From positions 160,001 to 224,000 of the forward strand of contig CAWJKV010000002.1 of the NCBI GenBank assembly GCA_963843555.1: DNA of 64,000 nucleotides, given 5' to 3'. Source of the DNA: an uncultured Methanosarcinales archaeon. GTDB lineage: Archaea > Halobacteriota > Methanosarcinia > Methanotrichales > Methanotrichaceae. The stretch's first letter is position 1, and each line of letters starts with the position of its first letter. Position numbers and translations under genes: made by a program. The notes below the pieces were generated by a model. That model worked only from the letters and a program-made list of their open reading frames with translations, did not search any database and was not told where the DNA came from. Positions 21,648 through 31,501 of the stretch are shown here, in pieces.

Positions 21648-21730
21648 GCGCGCCCGTAAGCAAGCGACCCTTCCGGGCTTCCAGCCCCGGACGCCGCCAC
21701 CCGCAGGGCAGCGGGGCCGGGGGGCAAGCT
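21648..21730. repeat. Repeat R, copy 4 (more diverged)
   Basis: gcgcccgtaagcaagcgacccttccgggc...gccgccacccgcagggcagcggggccggggggc. Confidence 0.75.
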
Positions 21731-22011
21731 CAAGCTTCCCCAAAGCCGGAAGAGTCCACGATCACGATGACACCAGGATTAGATTTCTATTCTAACTCTG
21801 GTGTGGAATAGCACATTGCATTTGGGCTACGAGCCTGTGAGGTTGAAACTTCGTGGGGCTGAAAAGTTACGAGCGTAACTGGCGCAGCAATCTGTTGGGT
21901 ATCAAACACTAGATGTAGTTCTCGTAATCATCCAACTCATTCAAAATCATCCTGGCGTGTCCTTCCACTTTGTGCATGTCATAGGAGTTTTAGGTGATTC
22001 GACCTTACTCC

Positions 22012-22510
22012 TCAAAGATCATATATCTGTTTTTTCCCAAATTTGGATAGCTCACTCCCGGCTTTGAATGGATTTTTCAATTTGGAAGATACTGGGATAA
22101 TTATAAGTTCCTTTGGCGTGGTTTCATTTAGTGCAGTTTGATTTAGTGCGGTTTGATTTAGTGCAGTTTGATTTAGTGCAGTTTGATTTAGTGCAGTTTG
22201 ATTTAGTGCAGTTTGATTTAGTGCAGGTCTGGTTTAGTGCAGTTTGATTTAGTGCAGTTTGATTTAGTGCAGTTTGATTTAGTGCAGTTTGATTTAGTGC
22301 AGTTTGATTTAGTGCAGTCTGATTTAGTGCAGTCTGGTTTAGTGCAGTCTGGTTTAGTGCAGTTTGATTTAGTGCAGTTTGATTTAGTGCAGTCTGGTTT
22401 AGTGCAGTTTGATTTAGTGAAGTTTGATTTAGTGCAGTCTGCTGCTCAGGAGTATATGCAGAAGCCAGTCCGACCAGGAAGATTAAGAAAAATATAGTAG
22501 CCTTAATAAT
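22012..22510 (-). CDS. Secreted protein with (ALNQT)n repeat; 1-nt frameshift near 22225, start uncertain
   Basis: Signal ATIFFLIFLVGLASA-YTPEQQ; with the frame corrected it continues NETTPKE...SELSKFGKKQIYDL*. Confidence 0.55.
22126..22440. repeat. 15-bp tandem repeat (tttagtgcagtttga), about 21 units
   Basis: Directly visible, with minor tctgg variants. Confidence 0.95.
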
Positions 22511-22845
22511 ATCACATCCATGTATTTGAGTTTCTATCAAGCATTGTGTAGACAATCGCCGAGATATATAGTTTGCCTACAACGACAATGTGAGGTTTTG
22601 GTGCAAACCTCCTCAAACTTTATTCTTGCATGTTTTTTCGTTCCATCTGAATCGCCCGCTTGACGCTCTTTTCATAATTCTAATTCTAAAACACAGAGGC
22701 TTGATCAATAATTAGGATTTCGATCAAGGTTTGTTTGGGGAACCCATGAAAATCTAATTTGAGAGAACACTTAATTAATAATCCTCTAAAGAGACTTAAA
22801 ATTCCAATCTATCTTTGAAAAAGGGTGGGACCAACGAGTCCCGGT

Positions 22846-23829
22846 TCATATATGCATGGTATAGGTCTGACCGCAGCTGTAGGTGTTGGTCTGCGTATAT
22901 TTGGACCCATCATTGTCCACAGTTATGGTATGAGGCTGACCTCCTGTTACGGTAAAGGCGAAAGTGCCGTCAAAATGGTCTCCGCGGCGCCCGTCACCGC
23001 CAATGTAGTTGCCATCCACACTTACAGAATAGCCTCTCATGTATTCGGATGTGATGACTATCTGAGCATTGCATCCAGGCTCGGGAGTTTGCGGATAGGT
23101 TGGGTAGGTGGGTTGTGGATAGCTGCCGGAATCGTAGTATGGCGGATAATATGGGGCATAGACATAGACGTAGATGTAGTTGCTCCAGCCATTGCAGTAG
23201 TACTGAAGAGTGTGCCATCCTGCCGCATCGCCGTTAAACCACATCTTTTGCCAGCCTGGATAGCGTATAGAAGCCAGGTATTTGCTCACCAGCTTGCCAT
23301 TCGGGTACCATTCATACATATAGAGTGGCCCGGTTCCACTGACATCCAGCCACATGGGCAGCCACTGGCCGAAGTTGCACCCGGCCACAGTCGATGGCGA
23401 GTAGGGAATGTAAAATTTGTTTGGAGTTGTGACTCCAGGAGGGACTACCATGTATGTGCTCGCATAAGTGCTTGATCCAGTGGTTGACTGGTATGAAGTA
23501 GCACCTGTCACGTATGAGGGTGCAGTTGCCATGGTTGAAGGAGCACCTGTCACGTACGAGGGTGCAGTTCCCTGGTATGAAGGAGCACTTGTCCCGTATG
23601 AAGGTGCAGTTGCCAGGGTTGAAGGAGCTGCAGCCCGTGCTGATGCCGCGCTTGTGGGCATCAATGTCTGACCGCTCTCTGACGACGGCGGAGCCTGCGA
23701 GCTAGATGCCTGTGGGATTTGGATTCCTTGCGATTCAGGGCTAGGGGGTGTTGCCGGCGGAGTTGGCTGAGCCCATACAGCACCAACTAGAAACATTGCC
23801 AGCAGCGTGAGAGCCAAGATTTTTTTCAT
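22846..23829 (-). CDS. Secreted Pro/Ser/Tyr-rich cell-surface protein with APSY repeats
   Basis: Signal peptide MKKILALTLLAMFLVGAVWA; repeated TAPSY. Confidence 0.75.
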   Translation of the reverse strand: MKKILALTLLAMFLVGAVWAQPTPPATPPSPESQGIQIPQASSSQAPPSSESGQTLMPTSAASARAAAPSTLATAPSYGTSAPSYQGTAPSYVTGAPSTMATAPSYVTGATSYQSTTGSSTYASTYMVVPPGVTTPNKFYIPYSPSTVAGCNFGQWLPMWLDVSGTGPLYMYEWYPNGKLVSKYLASIRYPGWQKMWFNGDAAGWHTLQYYCNGWSNYIYVYVYAPYYPPYYDSGSYPQPTYPTYPQTPEPGCNAQIVITSEYMRGYSVSVDGNYIGGDGRRGDHFDGTFAFTVTGGQPHTITVDNDGSKYTQTNTYSCGQTYTMHI

Positions 23830-24099
23830 ACTTTTCACCTCTAAATCATAAGAGTTTTTCATTCTCTTAAATCGAAATTTCGATGGAATCTCTTGGAATA
23901 CGGGATTCTGAGTCCCATTGTATAATTGATACTATCAAGATAAATATCTATTACTTTCCGGGAGCGCGGAGAGTCGCTGATACTCTGAACTTCAGGGAGG
24001 TTGATGGTGCTTTACAGGGATCTACTTCCCGTAAAGTACTATTGATTAAAAAGCTGAAGAATGCAGCAATTAAAAAATGCGTCCGCCTCAGCGAACAAA

Positions 24100-24184
24100 T
24101 GCGGGAGACGGGATTCGAACCCGCGAACGCCTGCGCGACAAGGCCCTCAACCTTGCTCCTTTGACCTGGCTTGGAAACCCCCGC
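24100..24184 (-). tRNA. tRNA-Leu (anticodon GAG)
   Basis: Reverse complement gcgggggtttccaagccaggtcaaagg...caagg-ttGAGgg-ccttg...ggttcgaatccc...cccgca; long variable arm. Confidence 0.93.
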
Positions 24185-24224
24185 TCGAAATATGGGTTTT
24201 GATCGGCCGGAGCCGATCCTGATT

Positions 24225-25019
24225 CTAAGATAACTCTGCTAATTTGGCGTCTAAGTCCAGAGCTCGCTTCTTTATTTCCGTTGCTGCTTCTGCCACCAGA
24301 TCTTTGGCGGCCACGCTGCCACTGCTCTCAATGGAGACCACGAAGGAATCCATGATTGGCGAGAGCGTTATGGCTGCGGCCTCACACGCTCCAACACAGA
24401 GCTTGCACAGAGAGCATTCCAGTATATTTGTAGCTTTCGCTCTGCCCTCTTCAATTACCAGAATATTGCGGGGACAGACTTCGACGCACTTTCCGCATCC
24501 GTCGCAGGCTACGCTTATCTCAAAGCTCGGCAGATTCTTGTAGCCGCATAGCGTTCCCGCCTGCCACTTGGAGTGATCTTTGCCCACTCGCTTGGTGGCA
24601 AAGCCTTCCATGACCAGCTTCTCGCCTTCTCCCAGGATGACAATAGGAATCTTGTCGAAGGCAGCCTTTACACCAGGATCGGTGAACTGAATGTCCTCAG
24701 AGTAGACCATGCCCGGCCCTTCCTTGGAGAGCATAAACTCCACCCGGCATCCCGGACAGCCTGCGCCGCCGCACTGGCACTCATCCGGCTGGGAGAACAC
24801 GCTCAGGTCCTCTGCAATCAAGGGCACCTCTCCGATCCGGAGAGAGATCTGCTCATCGAAGAGCACTGATGTGTTGTCATAGAGGCTGATCTCATCCAGG
24901 GCCAGCACCGGCACTTCACTCATGCAGGCGCGGCGAATGCCGTTTGAGAAAGCGGCTGTAACGCCGCTGAGGAGGTACCGGATGCGGTCCTCCCTCAGCT
25001 CAAGCAATTCGAACTTCAA
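24225..25019 (-). CDS. rpoD: DNA-directed RNA polymerase subunit D (Rpo3) with ferredoxin-like domain
   Basis: NTSVLFDE, GKDHSKWQ, CDGCGKCVEVCP; follows rps11. Confidence 0.95.
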   Translation of the reverse strand: MKFELLELREDRIRYLLSGVTAAFSNGIRRACMSEVPVLALDEISLYDNTSVLFDEQISLRIGEVPLIAEDLSVFSQPDECQCGGAGCPGCRVEFMLSKEGPGMVYSEDIQFTDPGVKAAFDKIPIVILGEGEKLVMEGFATKRVGKDHSKWQAGTLCGYKNLPSFEISVACDGCGKCVEVCPRNILVIEEGRAKATNILECSLCKLCVGACEAAAITLSPIMDSFVVSIESSGSVAAKDLVAEAATEIKKRALDLDAKLAELS

Positions 25020-25022
25020 GCT

Positions 25023-25412
25023 CTACACCCTTCGACCCCTCTTTCCTCCTTTGGGCTTCGTTCCATCGTGAGGTATGGGGGTCGCGTCTTCAATTCTGCC
25101 TATCCGGAGTCCCGCTCGCGCCAGAGCACGTATAGCTGCCTGAGCGCCCGGTCCTGGAGACCTCTGCTTGTTTCCACCGGGTGCGCGCACTTTAACGTGA
25201 ACCCCGACAATTCCCTTATCTTTCACAGCGTCAGCGACCTGCATGGCCATCTGCATGGCTGTGTAGGGAGAACTCTCGTCCCTGGCTGCCTTTACAACCA
25301 TGCCGCCCGAGATCTTGGCCAAGGTTTCGGCTCCGGTCTGGTCGGTGATGGTGATAAGCGTGTTGTTAAAGGACGAGTAAATATGGGCAATGCCCCATTT
25401 TCCTTCTGCCAT
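25023..25412 (-). CDS. rps11: 30S ribosomal protein uS11
   Basis: [10 protein letters not shown]...[14 protein letters not shown]...TPIPHDG. Confidence 0.97.
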   Translation of the reverse strand: MAEGKWGIAHIYSSFNNTLITITDQTGAETLAKISGGMVVKAARDESSPYTAMQMAMQVADAVKDKGIVGVHVKVRAPGGNKQRSPGPGAQAAIRALARAGLRIGRIEDATPIPHDGTKPKGGKRGRRV

Positions 25413-25949
25413 TTATCCTTCCACCCTGGATACTCTGGATGCCCTTTCCGGATGGCCTTCCTTGGCCATGGGGGAACCCATGTAATAATCAATGCTCATT
25501 TCCTCGCCCCTTTTCACCAGATAGCCCGGCACATCTACCCTGCGCCCGGATACCTGGACATGGCCGTGAACGATGAACTGCCTGGCCTGCTTCAAAGAAT
25601 TAGCGAGCCCCTGACGGTAGACCTGCGTCTGCAGTCTCCTCTCCAGAACGTCGTTGACCTTCATGGAGAGAATGGCGTCAAGATCTCCTTCTTCTTTCAG
25701 CATGCCCAGCCTCTTGAGACGGTTGAGAATGGCCTCCGCTTCAGGAGGAGCCTGTCCCATCGATACTGCGGCGAGCATCTTACGGCTGGACTGTCTGTAC
25801 TTCCTGAGAACAGCCTGAGCCTTCCAAAGCTCCCTCTTGTTGCGCAGTCCGTAGGCCTTGACGACCTCCACTTCTCCAGCGATACGTTCCGCCTGCCAGG
25901 GAGTGCGTGGCCTGGCATACATCTTGCGACTCTTGCCTGGATATCCCAT
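25413..25949 (-). CDS. rps4: 30S ribosomal protein uS4
   Basis: YGLRNKRELW, LERRLQT, ARQFIVHGHV. Confidence 0.97.
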   Translation of the reverse strand: MGYPGKSRKMYARPRTPWQAERIAGEVEVVKAYGLRNKRELWKAQAVLRKYRQSSRKMLAAVSMGQAPPEAEAILNRLKRLGMLKEEGDLDAILSMKVNDVLERRLQTQVYRQGLANSLKQARQFIVHGHVQVSGRRVDVPGYLVKRGEEMSIDYYMGSPMAKEGHPERASRVSRVEG

Positions 25950-25959
25950 TTTTTACCAC

Positions 25960-26550
25960 CTACTCCTTGGCTGCAGGTGCAGCGGCGGCTGGTAATGCCT
26001 TTCGGCTAACGCCAACAATGGCGCCTGTGCGTCCACTGGATCTGGTTCTCTGGCCCCTTACACGCAGGCCCCGCTCGTGCCTGATGCCCTTGTAGCTCCT
26101 CATCTTCTTCATGAGGTCCAGGTCTTCTCGGAGGGTCATGTTGAGGTCCATGCCCATGACATGGATGTCGGTGCCGGTTTCAATATCGCCGCGCCGGTTG
26201 ACCATCCAGGAAGGCAGAATGCTGTTGGCATCCTCTTCGACGACCTTTTTCAGCTTATCAATCTCCGAATCGGGAAGCAAGCCGAGTGTGGCAAAGGGAT
26301 CGACACCTGCTCTATCGGTAAAGAGCTTGGCGCATCTGCGGCCCACACCTTTAATGCCCGTCAGGGCCATATGGACCTGCTTCTTTCCAGCCAGGTCTGT
26401 ATTCAGAATGCGAACTATATGCCGGAGATCTTCATCAACGGTCTTCTTGGTAGGCTTCTCATCAACCTTTTTAGGCTTATCTTTTGCTACCTTATCTTTT
26501 GCTACTTTCTCTTTAGCATCTTTCTCTTTTACATCTTTCTCTTTTGCCAA
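25960..26550 (-). CDS. rps13: 30S ribosomal protein uS13 with Lys/Glu/Asp-rich N-terminal extension
   Basis: ALTGIKGVG, GIRHERGLRVRGQRTR. Confidence 0.96.
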   Translation of the reverse strand: MAKEKDVKEKDAKEKVAKDKVAKDKPKKVDEKPTKKTVDEDLRHIVRILNTDLAGKKQVHMALTGIKGVGRRCAKLFTDRAGVDPFATLGLLPDSEIDKLKKVVEEDANSILPSWMVNRRGDIETGTDIHVMGMDLNMTLREDLDLMKKMRSYKGIRHERGLRVRGQRTRSSGRTGAIVGVSRKALPAAAAPAAKE

Positions 26551-26697
26551 GTTAGTCCTCCAGAAGTTTAGTCCTCTGGATCAGCCCCGGGTCAGAGCCC
26601 GACGCCGCCCGCTTACCACGTTGTGGGGCGAATTAAATCCATTGAGCCAAAGTGAAGTTATGCTTCTCGTATAAAAGACTTATGAGGTTTTAGTTCT

Positions 26698-27031
26698 TTA
26701 AGGTTCTAGCTCGACCTTGTTTTCCCTGATCCACTCACGCAACGCCTCTTCTTCTCTCTGGTTCTCGAAATCGTACCAGCTCTGCAGGAGGTCACTGTCT
26801 TCCAGGAGGGCCTTGAACCGTCCATACGCTCCGCGCCCATTGAAGATATGCTCGACGAGGTCGCACTCTTCCGGCAAATGCTACTCTACAAACTCGAAGA
26901 CGAGGCTCTGGCCAAGGTCGAGATCATTCTTGTAAGGGATCTCTACGAAATGATCACAGTCGAACCTGTCTTCATCCAATTCATCGAGATCTCCATTCTC
27001 GGAATGGTAATATATCTCACCATTTTCTAAT
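26698..27031 (-). pseudogene. UPF0158-family gene, 5'-truncated with an in-frame TAG at 26881-26883
   Basis: The frame continues past TAG as HLPEE...GRGAYGRFKALLE...WYDFENQ...ALREW. Confidence 0.6.
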
Positions 27032-27040
27032 ATGATTTTC

Positions 27041-27379
27041 TCACTCCGGCAGGCAGTCGCCTGGAAAGCTTCTGCAAGCATGAAGCTCGTAGACGAATAT
27101 GCCTTCTTTTACTCCCGGATCCTCGTCCATTATCGATTTTACCTTTTCCAGATTTGCATTAAAGATTCCAATTCCGGAGACATTGCTCCCATCAGAGATC
27201 GGACAGACAATGGATAGCAATCCGCTGGCACGCAAGTGGAAGTTCCTTCTCCCGTGCTCCCAGATGGTCTTTTCAGCCCCTCCCTTATTTCTGTTCGGCC
27301 CGGCCTTTAAGATAACGACGCAATAATTCTTGGTTTGGGAGATCATTTCCCGCATGAACTCGTCGGTAATTTCAGTCAT
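27041..27379 (-). CDS. YCII-related (dimeric alpha/beta barrel) protein
   Basis: GIGIF...IMDEDPGVKEGIFVYELH. Confidence 0.65.
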   Translation of the reverse strand: MTEITDEFMREMISQTKNYCVVILKAGPNRNKGGAEKTIWEHGRRNFHLRASGLLSIVCPISDGSNVSGIGIFNANLEKVKSIMDEDPGVKEGIFVYELHACRSFPGDCLPE

Positions 27380-27591
27380 ATTAACAGCCTCAAGCTGGAT
27401 GGTAAACTGACCTAGCCCCAGAGATATGTCTCAATCTGTATATCTAATTTGGCTGGATCAATGTGCCAATGCCGGCGTCGATAAAGACAATGGATCTCTC
27501 CTTTGATTGCTTCAGGTCCAGGATTGCATTCCCACTTTCTGGTTAAAGCTCCTTTCGCTTCTCATATTCACATATCATCCCTGCACTCTAA

Positions 27592-28407
27592 TCATCTCTT
27601 CTCCGCAAATGCTTTGAAGAAGGTATAGCAGAATACACCATCCTCTGCTGTTGTTCTGTAAAGGTCCCTTACTCCTGCTTCATAGATCTGCGGCTCGATT
27701 ATTCCCGCTTTTATTGCCGGTTCGCGGATGCCCTCAACCATTGCCGTAAATGTGTTCTTTGTGAAGCCTTCTACCAGTTCCGGTCTGCTTGAGTCGACGT
27801 AGACCATGCGAGGAGAAACGCGAACCGCGCTGTAGCCCGCACCGCTAAGCATCGGGTAAAGCTCTCTTCCGATCAACGCATTGCCGCCTGCCCTCCGCTG
27901 CAACTCGACCTGGGCCAAGATAGCCTTGCGGGCTGCTTCGCTATCGGGATGGAAGTAGGCGGAGCCGTGGTCACCTTCAATCACTGTGATTGTGCCTCCA
28001 GGCCTGATGAAATCCTTCAGGACGCGCAATGCCTCGACAGGGCGAGGAAGGTGTTCCAGGACAAAGCAGACAAATACGTGGTCGAAGTAGCCAGCCTCGA
28101 AGGGCAGATCGAATATGTCAGCCTGGAGGACGCGCACATTGGCAAGACCCGATGCTGCCACTTTCTTTCCGGTCTCGGCCACGGAAGCCCGGGAGACATC
28201 TACGGATGTGATCTCTGCATGAGGGCTGTTCAGCGCAAGAGTGATCGTTTGCGCTCCCACGCCGCAGCCGGTTTCGAGAACTCGACTTCCTGCAGGGTAC
28301 GAGGTATCAGAGTGCAACAGCTCGACCAGTGTGGAGGCCTGATCTTGCAGGCGCCTGCTTTCTCTGGGATCATAGCCGTGAACATATGCGCTATTCATGC
28401 TGCTCAT
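27592..28407 (-). CDS. Class I SAM-dependent methyltransferase
   Basis: VLETGCGVG, FDHVFVCFVLEHL, IRPGG. Confidence 0.88.
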   Translation of the reverse strand: MSSMNSAYVHGYDPRESRRLQDQASTLVELLHSDTSYPAGSRVLETGCGVGAQTITLALNSPHAEITSVDVSRASVAETGKKVAASGLANVRVLQADIFDLPFEAGYFDHVFVCFVLEHLPRPVEALRVLKDFIRPGGTITVIEGDHGSAYFHPDSEAARKAILAQVELQRRAGGNALIGRELYPMLSGAGYSAVRVSPRMVYVDSSRPELVEGFTKNTFTAMVEGIREPAIKAGIIEPQIYEAGVRDLYRTTAEDGVFCYTFFKAFAEKR

Positions 28408-28807
28408 TTTGGAGCTGGATTGTATTAATCTTAGCTGCCAATTGCGGAGGAAGTGAGAGGGCTTTGCCGCCAGGCCCAATCAGGAAATATCTCATGCAAC
28501 AGAGCCAGAATCTCCGAAGGATATAATGGCAATAATGGCAAAATAAAAGGAGAATGGGTCCCTTCAGAGGCTGAAAGAAAATGGGGAACCACCCGAGAAA
28601 GAGGCCGTGAACTGACGATTCTCCGGCAGAGTCACCATGTTCACCAGATGGGAATGCCCGGCTCGTCAGCGATGCGGGCTGGGCAAGAACCTTATGGAGT
28701 TCGCCCATAGCTATCCCGACGCAAAAGGACTACCTCACAATTTGCCTCGACGCATTTGTTTAAAATCACAAATTAACCGGGTCGGATCATTTAAAAAAAA
28801 GGAAAAG

Positions 28808-29899
28808 TTATTCTTCATTCAAAGTTTCTGGGTTGCGGCACAACGCTTTCGCCCCGGCAAAATACCTCTCCTTCAGCCTGAGGGCCACATTTACCAGTCC
28901 GATCAAAACCGGAACCTCAATAAGCGGCCCAATCACAGCGGCAAAGGCCTCCTGGGAGGCGATGCCGAAGACTCCCACAGCCACGGCGATGGCCAGCTCG
29001 AAGTTGTTGCTGGCTGCGGTGAAAGAGAGAGCTGCCGTCTTCTCGTAATTCACTCCCAGTTTGTAGGCCATGAAGAAGCTTACAAAGAACATGAGCAGGA
29101 AGTATATTATTAAAGGTATGGCTACACTCACCACAGCAAAAGGAAGCTGTACGATGTAGTCGCCCTTCAGGGAGAACATCACAACGATTGTGAAGAGCAG
29201 GGCAATGAGAGTTAGTGGCGCGATCCTGGGTATGAAATCTCTCTCGTACCAGTCTCTCCCTCTGGCCTTGATAAGGCTGAACCTGGTGATTATGCCTGCC
29301 AGGAAAGGTATTCCCAGGTAGATGAAAACGCTTTCTGCAATCTGAGCAATGGTTACATTGACCGTCGTTCCTTCAGCGATTCCCAGGGCTGCAGGCAGTA
29401 CAGTGATGAAAACATAAGCGTAGAAGGAATAAAATAGCACCTGGAATACGGAGTTGAGCCCCACCAGGGCGGCGCAGTACTCGCAGTCTCCGCAAGCAAG
29501 GTCGTTCCAGACAATGACCATAGCGATGCAGCGGGCAAGACCTATGAGGATTATGCCATACATGAGGTGAGGATAGTCTTGCAGGAAAATTACCGCCAGG
29601 GCAAACATCAGAATCGGACCGATGATCCAGTTCTGCACCAGGGAAAGGCTGAGGACCTTCTTATCCTCGAAAACCCGTCCGAGCTCTTCATACCTCACCT
29701 TGGCCAGAGGCGGGAACATCATCAGAATCAGGCCTATAGCGATCGGTATTGAAGTTGTGCCGATCTGCAGGCTTAAGATGAACTGGGTTATGCCGGGCAC
29801 ATAGTAGCCAGCGGCGACGCCGAGGAACATGGCTGCAAATATCCAGATGGTAAGGTAACGGGATAAGAAATCCAGGCTTTTGTTGACTCCATTAGACAT
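28808..29899 (-). CDS. acr3: Acr3 arsenite efflux transporter
   Basis: [46 protein letters not shown]. Confidence 0.95.
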   Translation of the reverse strand: MSNGVNKSLDFLSRYLTIWIFAAMFLGVAAGYYVPGITQFILSLQIGTTSIPIAIGLILMMFPPLAKVRYEELGRVFEDKKVLSLSLVQNWIIGPILMFALAVIFLQDYPHLMYGIILIGLARCIAMVIVWNDLACGDCEYCAALVGLNSVFQVLFYSFYAYVFITVLPAALGIAEGTTVNVTIAQIAESVFIYLGIPFLAGIITRFSLIKARGRDWYERDFIPRIAPLTLIALLFTIVVMFSLKGDYIVQLPFAVVSVAIPLIIYFLLMFFVSFFMAYKLGVNYEKTAALSFTAASNNFELAIAVAVGVFGIASQEAFAAVIGPLIEVPVLIGLVNVALRLKERYFAGAKALCRNPETLNEE

Positions 29900-29933
29900 T
29901 TAATTCCCCTTCCAGAGGCAAAAATTTTATGGA

Positions 29934-31028
29934 TCAGGTACTGCCAAGCTTTGTGTATTTCGTGCCGCTGGCATTCCCTCCAGCCAGAGACAAACCAGCC
30001 TCCGAGCCCGTGGCCTCGTGCGCCTTCCAGTCCTCCCAGGTGTAGATGCTGGCCTCATATCCCATGAGCTGCAGAGCATACCAGACCAGAGATGACCGGC
30101 TGTAATCGCTTGAATAAACCACGATCGGCTGGTCTTTGCTCAGCCTGCTGAACACCATGCCCAGATCGTCTCCGCTCTTGATCCGATCTGCTTTGATAAT
30201 ATTGGCAGGATCCAGAGCGACAGAACCTGGTATGCGGCCCTTTCCAAACTCCGCAAAAGGCCGGGCATCCAAGATCTGGGCCTGGCCGGACTTCACATAC
30301 TCGAATTCGGCAATTACCTGGGGCTTGACTTCAGGCTTGTACTCAACGCCGGGCTTTATGTTCTCCAGGGTTTCGTAAGGCAACCCCGCAGCAATCCAAT
30401 CTGCCAGGCTTCCGTCCAGGAGCATTACATCTTCTTGTCCCAGATAGCTGAGCACCAGGAAGGCAAACTCGGCCTCTCCGGAGCTCTCTTTATTCCCGTA
30501 AAGGACTATGGAGTCATCTCTGGAGACACCCGCTTCGCCCAGGACCGAGGCCAGCTCCTCATCTACTCTTAGATTGCCAGCGCCATCGAGGAGGTCTTTG
30601 GTAGGAATGTGAATGGCGTTCTTGATATGAGACTTAGCATAGCTGTCGCCGTTGGATACGTCCACCACGACGTCTGAGCTGGAGACGCTCTTCATGGATT
30701 TAAAGATCTCACCGTTAGGAAAAGAGGCCACCCGATCTAAAGGCTTCTGTGTGCCTATGCCGGAATCTTGCGTACTATTAGCAGAATTTCCTGGCACGTT
30801 GTTTTGGGCGCTTCCTGGCTGGACCGGCTGGCCGGTTCCAGGTTCAGAGTTGAGGAAACCACTGGGATCCCAGGTGCCCCCGCCGCAGCAGCCCGCATCC
30901 ACCGCAGGAGCGAAAGCTATCAATGAAATTAACATAATTCCCAGAACATAGAGCCCTCTTGAACCTGAACTCTTCTTGCCAGGAGTTGAGCTGTCGTTGT
31001 TATTGTGAATAGTATCGAATTTGGTCAT
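29934..31028 (-). CDS. Exported tandem rhodanese-fold protein (no catalytic Cys), N-terminal GCCGGG
   Basis: Signal/TM segment; HIKNAIHIP, LLDGSLADW, ILDARP, GRIPGS; active-loop position reads VVYSSD. Confidence 0.8.
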   Translation of the reverse strand: MTKFDTIHNNNDSSTPGKKSSGSRGLYVLGIMLISLIAFAPAVDAGCCGGGTWDPSGFLNSEPGTGQPVQPGSAQNNVPGNSANSTQDSGIGTQKPLDRVASFPNGEIFKSMKSVSSSDVVVDVSNGDSYAKSHIKNAIHIPTKDLLDGAGNLRVDEELASVLGEAGVSRDDSIVLYGNKESSGEAEFAFLVLSYLGQEDVMLLDGSLADWIAAGLPYETLENIKPGVEYKPEVKPQVIAEFEYVKSGQAQILDARPFAEFGKGRIPGSVALDPANIIKADRIKSGDDLGMVFSRLSKDQPIVVYSSDYSRSSLVWYALQLMGYEASIYTWEDWKAHEATGSEAGLSLAGGNASGTKYTKLGST

Positions 31029-31495
31029 TTGTTGTTGCCTCTCTCGATTTTAGCTTCTTTCATAAGCTTCACCATATTGAGCATCTCGATCACAGCCCCT
31101 TCGGACAGCCGGTATCTGGACCATCTTCCGTCCTTGCGCTCTTTGATGAGCCCTGCGTCCTTGAGGATGGAAAGGTGATGAGATGTGCTGGATTGGGGTC
31201 TGTCGAGACCGATCATGATCTCGCAGACGCATAACTCTCCTTCTCTCAAGAGAATGAGGATCTTGAGGCGGCAGGGATCAGCCATGGCCTTGAATATCTC
31301 AGCCTCCTCCTCGATCTCCAGCTCATCTATCCTGTTCATTATGGAACGAATCTTCTCGACTTTGCATTCGGCTTTATCGGCATCGCCAATCAGCCGTGTC
31401 ATCCTGTTAACAGCTTCTTCCGCAACACATGCCATGGACTGCATCCTCTCTTCAGCAGAATCTTCTCTTACGCAGCGACTTCTCTTCGGCAGCAA
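31025..31495 (-). CDS. arsR: ArsR/SmtB metalloregulator
   Basis: FKAMADPCRLKI, ELCVCEI, SHHLSILKDAGLI. Confidence 0.9.
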   Translation of the reverse strand: MLPKRSRCVREDSAEERMQSMACVAEEAVNRMTRLIGDADKAECKVEKIRSIMNRIDELEIEEEAEIFKAMADPCRLKILILLREGELCVCEIMIGLDRPQSSTSHHLSILKDAGLIKERKDGRWSRYRLSEGAVIEMLNMVKLMKEAKIERGNNK

Positions 31496-31501
31496 TTCTC
31501 T

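Noticed and set aside
16572..21730. Canonical integron attC sites or CRISPR repeats
   Set aside because: No RYYYAAC/GTTRRRY boxes, no integrase or cas genes, and the intervals are gene-sized
22126..22440. CRISPR array
   Set aside because: Head-to-tail 15-bp units with no unique spacers; a coding tandem repeat
25068..26674. Long + strand ORFs opposite the ribosomal protein genes
   Set aside because: Antisense shadows of conserved genes
26881..26883. Pyrrolysine readthrough of TAG in the UPF0158-like gene
   Set aside because: The gene is also 5'-truncated and no pyl genes are in view; a nonsense change is simpler
28630..28710. Remnant of a 4Fe-4S ferredoxin gene (DGNARLVSD)
   Set aside because: Too short, and the Cys motifs are not recoverable
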